Shown: in pieces, positions 23,300 to 34,530 of the stretch
Layout of the letters: each line of letters begins with the position of its first letter
Position numbering within the stretch: the stretch's first letter is position 1
Assembly: GCA_036172245.1 (NCBI GenBank)
Contig: JAYWIR010000038.1
Span: 992,001-1,056,000, forward strand
Source: Raillietiella orientalis
Lineage: Eukaryota
DNA: 64,000 nucleotides
Direction: 5' to 3'
Translations under genes and position numbers: made by a program
The notes under the pieces: generated by a model
Told to the model about the DNA's origin: nothing
The model's input: the letters and a program-made list of their open reading frames with translations, nothing else
Database searches by the model: none

Positions 23300-25904
23300 C
23301 TCACGACCGGCGAAATTCTCTCCGGGATCAAAAGGCTCAAGAGGCATAAGGCACTAAGGGAGGACGGCCTGCCCGTGGATTTTTTTCAATGCTTCGCGGC
23401 AGAGCTGGCCCCCCTGGCGCTCGAACTGACAAGACCGATCCGAGACGAAGGCGATGTTCCTGCCTCGTTTCGGTCAGCCAGGGTGAGGCTCCTTCCTGGG
23501 AGGAGACCTCAGAAAATTAAACAACTGGCGTCCGATCGCTACTGTGAACACGGGCGCCAAGTTAGTGGCATGACTGTGGGCCGCGCGTTTGGGGCAGGTG
23601 GCCCACTCCATAATTAGCCCGGAGCAGACTTACTCTGTTCCCGGGCGAAGTATGGAGGCCAACCTCTTCTTCGCGAGCACATGGTTTCACGTGCAGCGAG
23701 AAGAAACAATGAAAGGGCGATTTATCGGCAACCTTGCTTCGGGGCCGCCAGCCGGGCAGGGGAGGGGCAATCAGGCGGGGAAGGGAGCCTTAGCGATCGC
23801 AGTTGATCTCCATAAGGCGTTCGACTGCGTGGATCAGGAGCTTCTTTTGGAGCTCCTGGATCGCATGGGATTCCCACCCTCCTTAACAACCTACCTGAGC
23901 TCCTGCTGACACAATGCGCTTATAAACGTCAATTTCAGTTGTCAAAACGTGTACGGCGTGTACGGTGCGGCGCGGCATCCGGAAGGGCGACAGCCTGAGT
24001 CCCCTGCTCTTTAGCACCTACTTCGAGTTGGTGCTGAGAGCATACAGGGCGACTTTGGCTGCCTTGCTGAGCTCCCCGATACTCCCGCCGTAGCAGCCTA
24101 TGCCGACAATCTTCTGCTCTTGTTGCCCATGTCCGCCCCGGCGACCGCAGTCGAGGACTTCGATCTGCTGGGCCGCGGGACGAGACTGCGGGTAAACGAA
24201 GCAGAGTCGTCGGTGGTGGCGGTTGGTACGACGTGAGTCGAACGGTCTGACTGGATGCCTACGGCCGAGTAATTGAAGTACCTTGGCGTTCCGCTGGGGA
24301 ACTTCTGCCCGTCAGAAGCCTGGTCAGGCCGTCTCCAGAAAGTGGAGTTGGCGATCGGCCCGTTCCTGGAGGGCAAGTTCCACTTTCCGGAACGGGCCGC
24401 AGTATGGAACGCGTTTGCCCCTTCCATCCTTGCCCCCTGCTTTTTGTTTGCCCCGTTCCCCTCCTGTTGAAAAAGAGGACGAAGGACCTCCTATGCATCG
24501 CTCTCTGGGGTAAAGGGAGGCCGCGAGTGCCTCTGATGGACTTATGCGCTCCACGTTGGGACGGAGGCCTTGGTCTCCTGACGCTGGAGCGCTTGGAAAT
24601 CCAACTGCGATGCCGCACCATGGGCATCGCAACGAAGTTGTGGAGCACCCCTTGGTGGGTTCCGGCCCACCTTCTTGCCAGCCGTGTCTCCAGGACGCAA
24701 GGACTCGCGTCTTATCTTCTGTGCCCCGGCCGGAAGATTCGAAGATGCGGCCTGCTCCTTGGACGCATGGCGTCCCTGGCTAAGGAAAACGGCTGGATGG
24801 TTTGCAGCCCCGCAGGAGATCGCTGCACGTGGGCGAAGATGCATGAGAGAAGCCACGAGACGTGGAACTGTCTGCGTGTTGGCCCATACGCCCGCCGCAC
24901 CCTGCGGGAAATACTTGAATTTCCCGCGAGTTGCACGTGGGCAGAGACGACCCCCCTTGCTACGGCGATGCCCTACCTCCGGAGGGCGCTTAGAGGCAGC
25001 CAGAAGCCGAGGTGGCAAGTCTCCTGCCGAATCGCAGGCAGGGAGAAGATGTTAAGCGGCTGGACCACAGGAGAACTGGCGGACGCCACGACCCCGAGCG
25101 TCCAGCCGAGAGCACTTTTGCGATGGGGCGAGCTGCTCGCCATCCCCATGGATGTGCTGAAGTGGCCCCCGGTGTTGTTTGAATCAAGGATCCTGCCCCT
25201 TAAGTGGCAAGAATCGGCGCTGCTACCGTTGCATTGGGGTTTACCCTGCAACGCACGCCGCTTCCACTGGACAAGGGGAGCGGTGGATCCTCATTGTGCC
25301 AGGTGCGGAGAGCGGGAATCGCTCTCCCACCTACTTGTTGACTGTGCTGCCCTCCGTCCCCTCTGGGAACGGTTCGGGACGACCCTCGGTCTCCCTGTGG
25401 GCAGCCAACCCAGCGACGTTTTCCGTCTTCTCTTCGTTCGGGACGCCCTTCAGCCAGCTGCAGCCGTGGCAGCACTCTGCTGCATCCGAGGCATCGTGGC
25501 GGCCTGGAGCGATACCAGCGAGGAGGGAGTGGATTCAAACGCGATGGTTGTCATCCCATATGCTGTTCGCTTCCTGCGGAGAGCTATTGGATGGCCCCAG
25601 ATGGGAAGATTGAAGATGGACCTCGAAGGTATCCTGATAAGGATGGACCCTCCTCAAAGTGGACCGTGATTGCTTCCCTTCCCTCCAAAAACTCTTTTTT
25701 TTTTCTTCTTTGTTTTCTGGTTTATTTTTCTTTTTGTTTTTCCCCCCATCCCCTTCCAATGCCGTGGAGAGTCACACCGGGCTGCGTCCCGGTATCCCGG
25801 CAGGTCCGGCATTACGTGGCCGTTAGTGGGGCCTTGTACCACATACTGTAATGACAAGTGAAACGTTTTTTTTTTAATAAACGTCTCGGAGTTCCCGGGT
25901 GGCA
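23300..25904 (+). mobile_element. Non-LTR retrotransposon copy: decayed RT plus intact C-terminal region and 3' end
   Basis: DGLPVDFFQCF, ISPEQTYSVPGR, VDLHKAFDCV, KYLGVPLG with multiple frameshifts. Open frame 24404-25669 with CARCGERESLSHLLVDC. Ends aataaacgtctcggagttcccgggtggca. Confidence 0.92.
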
Positions 25905-26200
25905 TCTCCGGGAACTGCCCACAACACCAGTGGGGTCTCTTTCTTTGTGAAGCCAGCCGTCGACGCTGCCGTGAGGAGCGTGCGCTTTGATGACGACGGT
26001 CGGGTCGGCCAGCTGATTCTCAGGTGGTCCGAGTCGATCGATCTGATCGTCACAAACGTGTACGCTCCCAGCGGTAAACAGGGTTACCAGGAACGCAATG
26101 CGTTGCTGGAAACCTTGAAGCGCAAATGGCTGGTGGATACGGACGTGCGAAAGGCGCATCTGAAAGCAGGGGATTTCAATCTCCGCCTGCTCTCAGATCA
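25905..26200 (+). mobile_element. APE-type endonuclease fragment of the non-LTR family
   Basis: SGVSFFVK, DGRV, TNVYAPSG and AGDFN motifs of L1-type endonucleases. Confidence 0.85.
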
Positions 26201-26844
26201 GCCCGGAGAGCAGGGGAAGAACGAGAGGCAGTTCCCGGAGAGGGGGAGAGAAAGGGGAGGATGGCGCGCCGGATTGGAGTCCCTCCCTTCCCGGTCTGCA
26301 GCGGATCCCAGGGCTAGCAAGTGCGTCTAGCGGCCCTTTCGACTGCAGCCCTTCCAGGCGGCCTCTTTGTCCGCGGTCCACCAATCCACGCGCCAGGCTC
26401 CAGGGTCGAATCCACGCTTCTCTTTCTGTCAAACCTCGAAACGCACTCCCCGGGACGATGGCGTCGGACACATCCTCGCGGTCTGGTCCCTCTTTCTCCG
26501 GATTCCCCTGGCGCCCTTGGAGCATAGCAGAACGGCGACTTCCAAATCACACAACGGCGTGTCTGCTGGTGTCTAAGAACTGCATTTTCTGGCATCCTCT
26601 CATAGAACGCATCCATTTTCCTTTCTTTTTTTTCCTTTTCTGTCACCCCAAACATGCACGAAGTCTAGGAACCAGGGTGTATCTCCAATGTCCTCTCAAA
26701 GACGTTTCTATGAACATCTCGCTATTTGCAGTGCTGCACATCTAACTGAATGTTCGTCAGTTCATAAAAGTTACTTATTTATTTTGCTAGAAACGACCAT
26801 TTCTGAGAAATTGGAGTGAAAGGTGGATGTGATGTGCACAAGTG

Positions 26845-27060
26845 GATCAAATACTGTAAGAAAATACTGTAAGGTACTAGGGAACCGTATACGAACATAA
26901 AGATATACCAGGTACACAATAGGTACTATGAACTATATACTATCACAAAATACTATGAAAATAATATAAAAGCACCGTAAAATATGAAAATCATGTCAGC
27001 ATACCATAAAATACCATAAACGTAAAAACATACCATAGAATACTATGAAAATATACTTTA
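26845..27060. repeat. Degenerate short-period AT-rich tandem repeat (aatact(a/g)t(g/a)aa / atacca units)
   Basis: Repeated aaatactgtaag, aatactatgaaa and ataccataaa units. Confidence 0.65.
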
Positions 27061-28749
27061 AGAATTCAATAAAAAAGTGACCTCCCTGCTCACTTCCGCC
27101 CTCGAGTGAATAAACCAGAAACCCACGATGCGACCCGACCACCCTTTCCTAGAGATGCAGGGCGGCAGTGGGCGAGGAGTTGTGGCTGTTCCTGCAGCAG
27201 CCGCCGACCCTAAACTCTTGCCGGGCCTTGGGCGCCCCCCTCGCACGTGATGGCCGCCGAAAGTCTCTCTCCGGAGGGCCCGGCTCGCTGTGCCTCCCTC
27301 GGAAAGGTCCATGTGCTCGCGAAGCGTTTCTCGCAGCGGCCCGCTGGATCCGCGCAAGGGCGTCCACGGACTCGTCCGCTTTCCGGACGCGGGGACGAGC
27401 GTCCGCCCACTGAGGCCAGCGGGACGCGCCCCGTCCCGGAGGAAGGGAAGCCGTCGGGAGCAGTGCTCCAACGGGAAGGAGGCAGGGACATCGCCCTCGT
27501 GTTCGCCTCTTCGCTCCGGACGAATCGGACGAACTGCGTGGGAGGCGAAGGACGGACTCCGGGATAGCAGCTAGGGGAACTATGTGCCCCCGCGTGCTCT
27601 CCCGTTCCATCCCCGAACGAAAAGCCACGGGACGGGTCTGCACTGCGATTCATGCTCACGGGAGGACGCGAACAAACCGGAAGGAGTTCTGCAAGGCGCC
27701 ACAGCCAGCCCGCCACCACCTTAAGACGCCACCTCGTGAGCGGAGCCAATTCCGTTCGCCAGCCTCCACGTGCTTCCTGACCCGACGCTTCGCTGTCTCA
27801 TCACGGGCGGTGGTTTCCAGGGGGGGGGGTCCCTGCGGTGTTGGGATGTTCGAGCACCCAGTTTGCTTCTTGGAGCTTTTTCCTCCTTCTCCCAGGGGGC
27901 CTTCGTTTTTTTTCCTGAATTCCTCGGAAGCTAAGGGGGGTGCTGTTCGTTGTTCGCCTCGTTACCTGATCCCCTGGATGCTGTTGCAGACGTTCCTTCT
28001 GCTGGGGGCGGCTCTGCTTTGCAGGCTAAGGAAAAGGCCGATGCTCGATGTTCTTCCTTCACGCTTCCAAAGCTGTCCTTCTCACTCGGGGGAGCCGTGG
28101 AGTCCCTTCCCCCCTACACACCAAAAAAAAAAGAAGCAGACCATATGGATTGGTGAGTTCACGAATCGATGAAAATTCCACTGGGAGGAGGGAGCAAGAG
28201 GGAAAAGAGACCACCGACTTGCAGGTCAGCTCAACAGAAGGGCAGGGAGGGTGTAGGAGGGGAAACAGTAGCTAGATGAATAAACGGCAGGGGGGAAAGG
28301 ACGGGGGTCACCGGTCACATCCGCTGCGTCTTCTGAAACCCGCATGGGATGCAGGCGATGTCCTTCTCCACTCTGGTATCCTTCAAAGGCCACCTTGCCA
28401 CGTTCTCGCCACTGAGCGTTCCAGACAGGCGGTCCTCTTTCCTGTCTGGGGCGCCATTGTCCTCCTGACGCAACACTGGATGGGGAAAAAACCCGTCCCC
28501 AGTCAATCACCACCTTATTAGTCCCTTCCGGGTCGAGGTAGGGCAGCTGCGAGGCGTTGCCGAGGTCTCCCGCGTCCCGGCAGCAGGCGCGCGAGAGTTT
28601 CGCGCGGCTGGCGCTGCTCGAAGAAGCATCGCCCCCATCCGTCGATTCCGCCGCTGGGGGCGCAGGAAGCCCCTCCAAGAAAACAGCAAGGCCTCCTCTT
28701 TCATCTCCTTACTGAGGGGGAGCACAGGACCATCCGGGTAGAGGGGAGG

Positions 28750-29130
28750 GAGGTCACACTGCCCGTCGGCGGGATGTCCAGGAATTCCACCCAACGGAGA
28801 GGCCCTTTGGAGTGGTCGCTGGGTGATGCCGCGTCAGCCTGCCGGACTGTGACCCCCTCAGGGACCTGCTGCGAAGTCACCCACCCCACCGGTTGGCAAC
28901 CTCCATCCCTCCCCTGTAGGGAGGACGGCGTTGCGTCCAGGGGGATGGCAGTGGTGGTGCGGACTCAATTTATTCCGTCCCTTTCCGCTTCCTCCAGGGA
29001 GACCGCAGCACTCCAGGTTGCCAACAAACGCACCAGCTCTGCACCAGCGCTAGAGGTGCGGATCCAGGCGTCCGCCGCCTCCTGACACCGGGGGCTGCGG
29101 GCCAGCAGAAGATCTGCTGCTGTTGTTCCC
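28750..29130 (-). mobile_element. Degenerate non-LTR C-terminal fragment
   Basis: QADAASPSDHSKGPLRWVEFLDIPP resembles LADATTPSVQPRALLRWGELLAIP. Confidence 0.6.
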
Positions 29131-29579
29131 TCAGGGCAGCGCCGACCTACCTCGCTGGGGACCCGGGCGCCTTCGTATGGTCGCGACTGCGAGGCAGCAA
29201 CAACGCCATTTTCTGGCTACTCGCCACACGCCTCGGGATTTCGCGCGCGGGTAGACATCGCAGATGCCGCATCCACTTCTCAGCCATCGAGACCGTCATC
29301 CCGGGCTGGGGCTGTGGCCCCTCCCTCTTCCTTGACGGGAAGACATTCCTGAATCCCCTTGTTGAGCAACGAGGTCTTCGAGGCAACTCCTTGGCCCCAC
29401 GGTGCTTTTCTCTGGAGGCCGCCCGACCTACGTCTCTCCTCGTATGGCAGGAGCGAAGCGAAAGGAGGGGGAACAGGGAAGGGGGCGAAACGAACGTTAA
29501 AAAGTTAAAAAAGAGAGGGACAGCATAATCCTGGCAAAGTGATAATTAACGTGCTGCATAGCAGCAAAGACAAAATCTA

Positions 29580-30422
29580 TGGACAACTCAGGAGGTCACG
29601 GACGCCGCTACCCAGAGTGTCCAATCCCATGGATTTCTATGGACTGGGGAGAGCTGCTCGACATCCCTCCGGAGGAGGTGGAGCGGCCATTAGCATTCTA
29701 GAGCAGTGACGCTCTCCCCCCCCAAGTGGCAAAAGTGGACGCTGTTGGTGGTGCATGTGGGAATCCCGTGCAAATCACATCTTCATCCCTGGACATGGGG
29801 AAGAGCGTGGAATCTCAGTGCGACAGGTGCAGGAAGAAGGAGACCCTCCCGCGTCTGCTGTTGCGCTCTACTGCCTTCCGACCCCTTTGAAATTGCCTCT
29901 CGACCATCCTAGGATTCTTGGTGGGCGGCCCCAGAAACATTTTCAACCTCCTCTTCGTGAGTGCTCCACTGCCGCCAGACGCATCCCTGGCAGTTCTCTG
30001 TTGTGTTCACGGATCATATCGGCCTGAAACGCCAGGAGAAGAGGACGAAAAGGCAAGGACGCCATTCGCCGGACGAGGATCTTCCTGGAGACCACCTAGA
30101 GGTAGCCCCGTTTAAACATTATACGGACGGAACTTGCTAGCATCCTAGACAGGATGCAGAGGATGCCAGGAAACGTACTGTGATCCCTTCCTCGGTTCCC
30201 CCCTCTCCCCATGAAAACTTCCCCCCCCCCTCCTTGTTTTATGTGTTTATCTTTCTGTGTACGTTTTGTTTTCCCTTCTCCCACGCTGCCGAAGCGGACC
30301 TCTTCGGTCTGCGTATTGGTCTTCGGCAGGTTCATTCCTCGTGGTACAACCACGGGTTCTACCACAAAAATGTATTTTTATTATCTTATGTAATAAATGC
30401 CCCGGTATAACCGGATGATAAG
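29580..30422 (+). mobile_element. 3' fragment of a diverged non-LTR copy
   Basis: PKWQKWTLLVVHVGIPC..WT, T-rich UTR, hairpins, and the end taataaatgccccggtataaccggatgataa. Confidence 0.8.
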
Positions 30423-33400
30423 ACCGCGGACCGTTCCAGCAAGTAAAACTTGCCTTCTTGGAACGGACCGAGCGACCTGCTCTGCATTCTGAAGATGGCC
30501 GGACCAGGTTTCCGCTACGCAGTAGTCCCTCAACGGAACACCCAGGTACTTCAATTACCTATCCATGGGGATTATCAAACGAATCTAGTTTGGCGGTCCA
30601 GACCACGCCGCACCAACTGCCACCACAGACGACTTCTCCCTGTTCACCCTCAAGCTCGAACCGCGGCTGAGCAGCTCGAAGAATCCCTCCAGTGCAGATG
30701 ATGGGGTGGACGTGGAGAGCAGCAGCGGAAGATCGTCCACGTACGTTGCAACGGCAGACGTGCAGGGACATTCGCGCGGCAGGTGAGTCAGACTCTTCCT
30801 GCACACAATTAGCACCAATTCGAAATGCGTGCTAAAGGGCAGGGGGCTCAGGCTGTTGCCCTGCCTCACGCCGCGTCGCAACGGTACGCCGTGAACAGTC
30901 TGCCCGCCGAAAGAAACATGAATGAGCACAGGCAGATCCCAAGAATGCGGTCGGGAAGCCCATGCGTTCCAGGAGCTACGGAAGAAGCTCCTGGTCCGCG
31001 CAGTCGAACGCTTTTCTCAGATCGACTGCGACCTCTAGGGCTTCTCGACCCTGACCAGGGTTGCCGACAACTCCTTTCTTTCTTCTATCTCCTCTTTGGG
31101 TCTCAAACCATCTACTGGAGAAGAGCAGGTTGGCATCCGTACTTCTCCCGGAAACAGCTTAGGTCTGCTCCGGGCTAATTACGGATTCCATCACTCCCTC
31201 AGCCCATAGTCTCGCCAGCAACTTGGCGTCCGCGTTCGGGACGGTTATCGGACGCCAGCTGCCGATTAATCTCAGATCTCCTCCCTTAGGGATGAGACCT
31301 TTGATGGGAACGAGGCAGGAACGTCGCCTGAATCCCTAATCAGCAAGGTTAACTTGTGCACCAGGGTGGTCAACTCTGCCGCGAAGCACTGGTGAAACTC
31401 CTCAGGCAAGCCGTCCTTTCCTGGCCCCTTCCGTCTCTTGAGTTTTCCGATCATGGTGATTGTCTCACCGATCGTGAAAGACTCGTGGAGGCTTTCCCTC
31501 TCCTCTTTCCCTATCGCTGGAGCACCATCCGGCAGCAAAAGTTGAGAGAAATCTCGCTCCGTAGGTGCACTTGCGTAAAGGGAGGAATGAAATCTCCTTA
31601 TTAAACTTCTCACCTGTGCCGGAGTCGAGTGTTCGTGTCCCTAGTCGTCCAGCAAGCTGACTGACCCGGACTGCCAGGCTTGGCACTTAGCCCCGGCCCT
31701 GTACTCTGCCAGGCTACGCAAGATGGGGTTCTGCTGTAACATCGGAGTGCAAGTTCGCCCTTTCGCTATGGGCCGCTTCTCGAAACTCTGCGGGCAGACG
31801 GTCCGGGGGAAACTGACCGCAGAACTCTCTGACCCAGCGTTTCAAACGATCCCAGTTCGGAAGATTCTGGAGGGTCAAGCCTCTCAGGAATTCGCGGAGA
31901 TGTTCCTCTGCTCCTGAGAGGTTCTGTCAGTCTCCCGGAAGACCCACACCTTGGATGGAGGTCCTTTGTATCGTGGGCATGGCTATGTGGCCACTGAAGA
32001 TTTTCCTGTGGAAAATTTGCAGTAGCTCCCCGTGCTTATGAACACCCGCACCCTCGCACTGAAGTGGCAGGAGTCGGCGCTGCTGCTGCTGCACTGGGGC
32101 CTCCCGTGCAACGCCCGTTAGCATCACTAAGCACGGGTGTGTGTTGACCCAAACTGTTCAAGGTGCGGGTAGCGGCTAGAGGACTGTGCTTCCTTCCGGT
32201 CCCTGTTATTGGGCTGTGCTGCCCTGCGACACCTTTGGCAACACTTTGCCGCGGCCCTTGGAACCCCTGTTGGCAACCTCAGCTCCAGGGACGCTGTAAG
32301 ACTCCTCTTTGTGAGGGATACCCTGCAACCAGCCGCAGACCCAGCAGCACTTTTCTGCCTCCGCGGGATCGTGGCGTTCGCGTGGAGCGACGCCAACGGA
32401 GGAAGCAACGACAGGAACGCCACCCACTTTGCTCTTAGCTTTCTACGGATAGCGGTAAGATGACCCCACCTGGATAATGACATGTAACAAGACCTTGCCT
32501 GCATCCTCCAAAGGATGCCGAGGACCGCCCCCAGTAGACTGTTCTCCCTTCCCGAACCCCTCCAAAACTGTTTTATTTTTATTTTGTTCCATTTTCTTTT
32601 TGTTTGGCCACTCCTCTCTGCTGCCGTGGTGGACCTCACTGGTCTGCAAACCGATAAAACGGCAGGGTACATACGAAAAGGACGTAGTTGAACCACCGGT
32701 CCATCCACACAAACGTTTGAAATACGCCGGGGATAATATATTAGTTAGTTCCGGGGTACCCGGGTGAAAATTGTCACGTGGGCAAATCTGAAATTCGATC
32801 CGGGAATGGACGGAGAGAGTCGATCGATCGCCGACCCTTGGGCACAGGTCTCGGTCTAGGAAGACATGGTCGATGCTGTCCCTCGTCCCCGGTTGTCCCT
32901 CTAACAATTTGCGCGCGCGCACTGCTGAGCACAACTCGTTGGCTTCATGATGCTCCTGTGCATGCGGCTCAAGTGAAAGCAGGTGGAGCAAGTTGGAGTC
33001 TCCGCCCATCAGGTGCGCCCTGCGGACACCTGCCTCGGCCAACCACTCTCTCTTTAGGTCATTCAAGAACGTGGCAGTTCTATTCGCGTACCCGTTTTCG
33101 CCTCCGGGAGCATACACGTTGGTCACGAAAAGGTCGATCGAGTCGTCCTACCTGAGAACCGGTTGGCCGACCCGACCTTCCTCGTCGAAGCGCAACCCAC
33201 GCGTCGGCTGCGTCGACGGTTGGCTCCAGAAGGTGGACCACCTCACGGGATTTGCGGCACGGGACCGCAACGCCACGACAGTCGTCCTTCCACAATTCTT
33301 TCGATTTCCCGGATTTCCTCCACGGAGATGACGTGGATCTTCTACAGGAGCACCAGATCGAAGTTTCGCAGCCTGGTGGAGACATTTTGTTTTTTGTCAT

Positions 33401-33450
33401 CGCCGCGCAGCCCGTTGATATTCCAGCGGGCCGCACGGATTCTGCGCGGG
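30423..33450 (-). mobile_element. Decayed non-LTR ORF2 (endonuclease at ~33450-32780, RT at ~32000-30423) interrupted by a plus-strand copy
   Basis: WNINGLR, TNVYAPGG, GGDSN, IDHVF (endonuclease). KGPGKDGLPEEF, RGVRQGNSLSPL, YVDDL (RT). Confidence 0.85.
32040..32770 (+). mobile_element. 3' fragment of a non-LTR copy nested antisense in the 30.4-33.4 kb copy
   Basis: LKWQESALLLLHWG, CAALRHLW, LFCLRGIVA, UTR hairpins, and the end ccggggtacccgggtgaaaa. Confidence 0.82.
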
Positions 33451-34009
33451 GGCCGAGCCCATTCCCTACTACTTGAAAGTTGGTATTGCAGCTTTCGCCT
33501 CCCGCTCGGGCGGGACGCGAGCAGGGAGATGGAGAGCCTGGGGCACCTGGGCGCACTCATCCTCGCTGATTCCCTGCTCGACGTCGGAGCGCAGGACTTT
33601 TTTGCCCCGGGAGTCCCGCGTTCCCATGATGCCGGCTTCCCCTTAGGGTGCCCAGCTCTTCCTCCTCGCGGGGGAAGGGGTTACTGCTGCTGCGCCTTGG
33701 GCTTGCGTCCCGACTCCCGGAAGGTGCGCTTCCGACCTCGGGGGTGGGAGTCTGAGATCTCTGCTCCCTCCGGGGTCGCGGGCCGCCTTAGCGTGGCTGC
33801 TGACACCTCCGCCGTCTGCACGAAGGCGGTGTCCTCGCTGGAAGCGCATCGCTCAGCTTCCGGGTTCGAATCCCTCCCGGGAAAGGCTCGACCTCCCGAG
33901 AAATGAAGGGTATGTCGTGGGTTTCTATCCCCCCTCGCAGGATGGCGCTGATTGGCCTCGTTGATTCCGGGTGAGGCACTGGTAGGAAGCCGGATGTCCC
34001 CGCTTACTG

Positions 34010-34530
34010 GCCGGAATGGGAAGTGGACCCTCCACAGTCATTCCAGGACATCGAGAAGCCCTTCGGAGTTCCCCTCTGGTGACAAAGAAGGAGCCGTACA
34101 ATCGCGTACCGTGGAGTCGGTCGACGCCCCCCTCGGGGGGTGCCTCTCCAGAGTGTCGAGAAGAGCGCTGCTCCCTTCTGGGAAAGCCCTTTAGAGAAAT
34201 CAGGAAGCGTTCCTCTGGGGTTCTCTTTGGTGGAGGAAACGAGAAGCGGATCCTTTCCGGGTGGTCCCTCCGGAAAGAAAAAAGAAGAGGTTCTTTCCTT
34301 CGTGGTCCCCCTCCCAAGCGCGAAAGAGGAGTGGACTCCTTCCTCCAGTTCCTCCTAGATTCATAGGGTGTCCCTGCGGGATCACCCCTTATGAATTGAA
34401 AAGTCAGCACAAACCCTCGAGCAGCGTGGACGGTGCTGAAGAGCTGCGTGCGCCCCTCCCTGAGGAGGCGGGCGGTCCTCCAGCACTCCCTGTGAAAACA
34501 AAAAGACGGAAACCGGAAAAAGGAAAAGGG
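34010..34530. repeat. Dispersed repeat family B copy
   Basis: Inverted match to 19730-20290 and direct match to 51400-51700. Confidence 0.8.

Noticed and set aside
23319..23327. tctccggga as a TSD with 25905-25913
   Set aside because: The left copy lies within LINE coding sequence (TGEILSGIKRLKR, homologous to IGETITMIGKLKR), so the match is coincidental.
25750..25904. 3' UTR structure as a known self-cleaving ribozyme (hammerhead, HDV-like, twister)
   Set aside because: The core consensus motifs (CUGANGA/GAAA, HDV P3-L3, twister L1/L4) could not be matched by eye.
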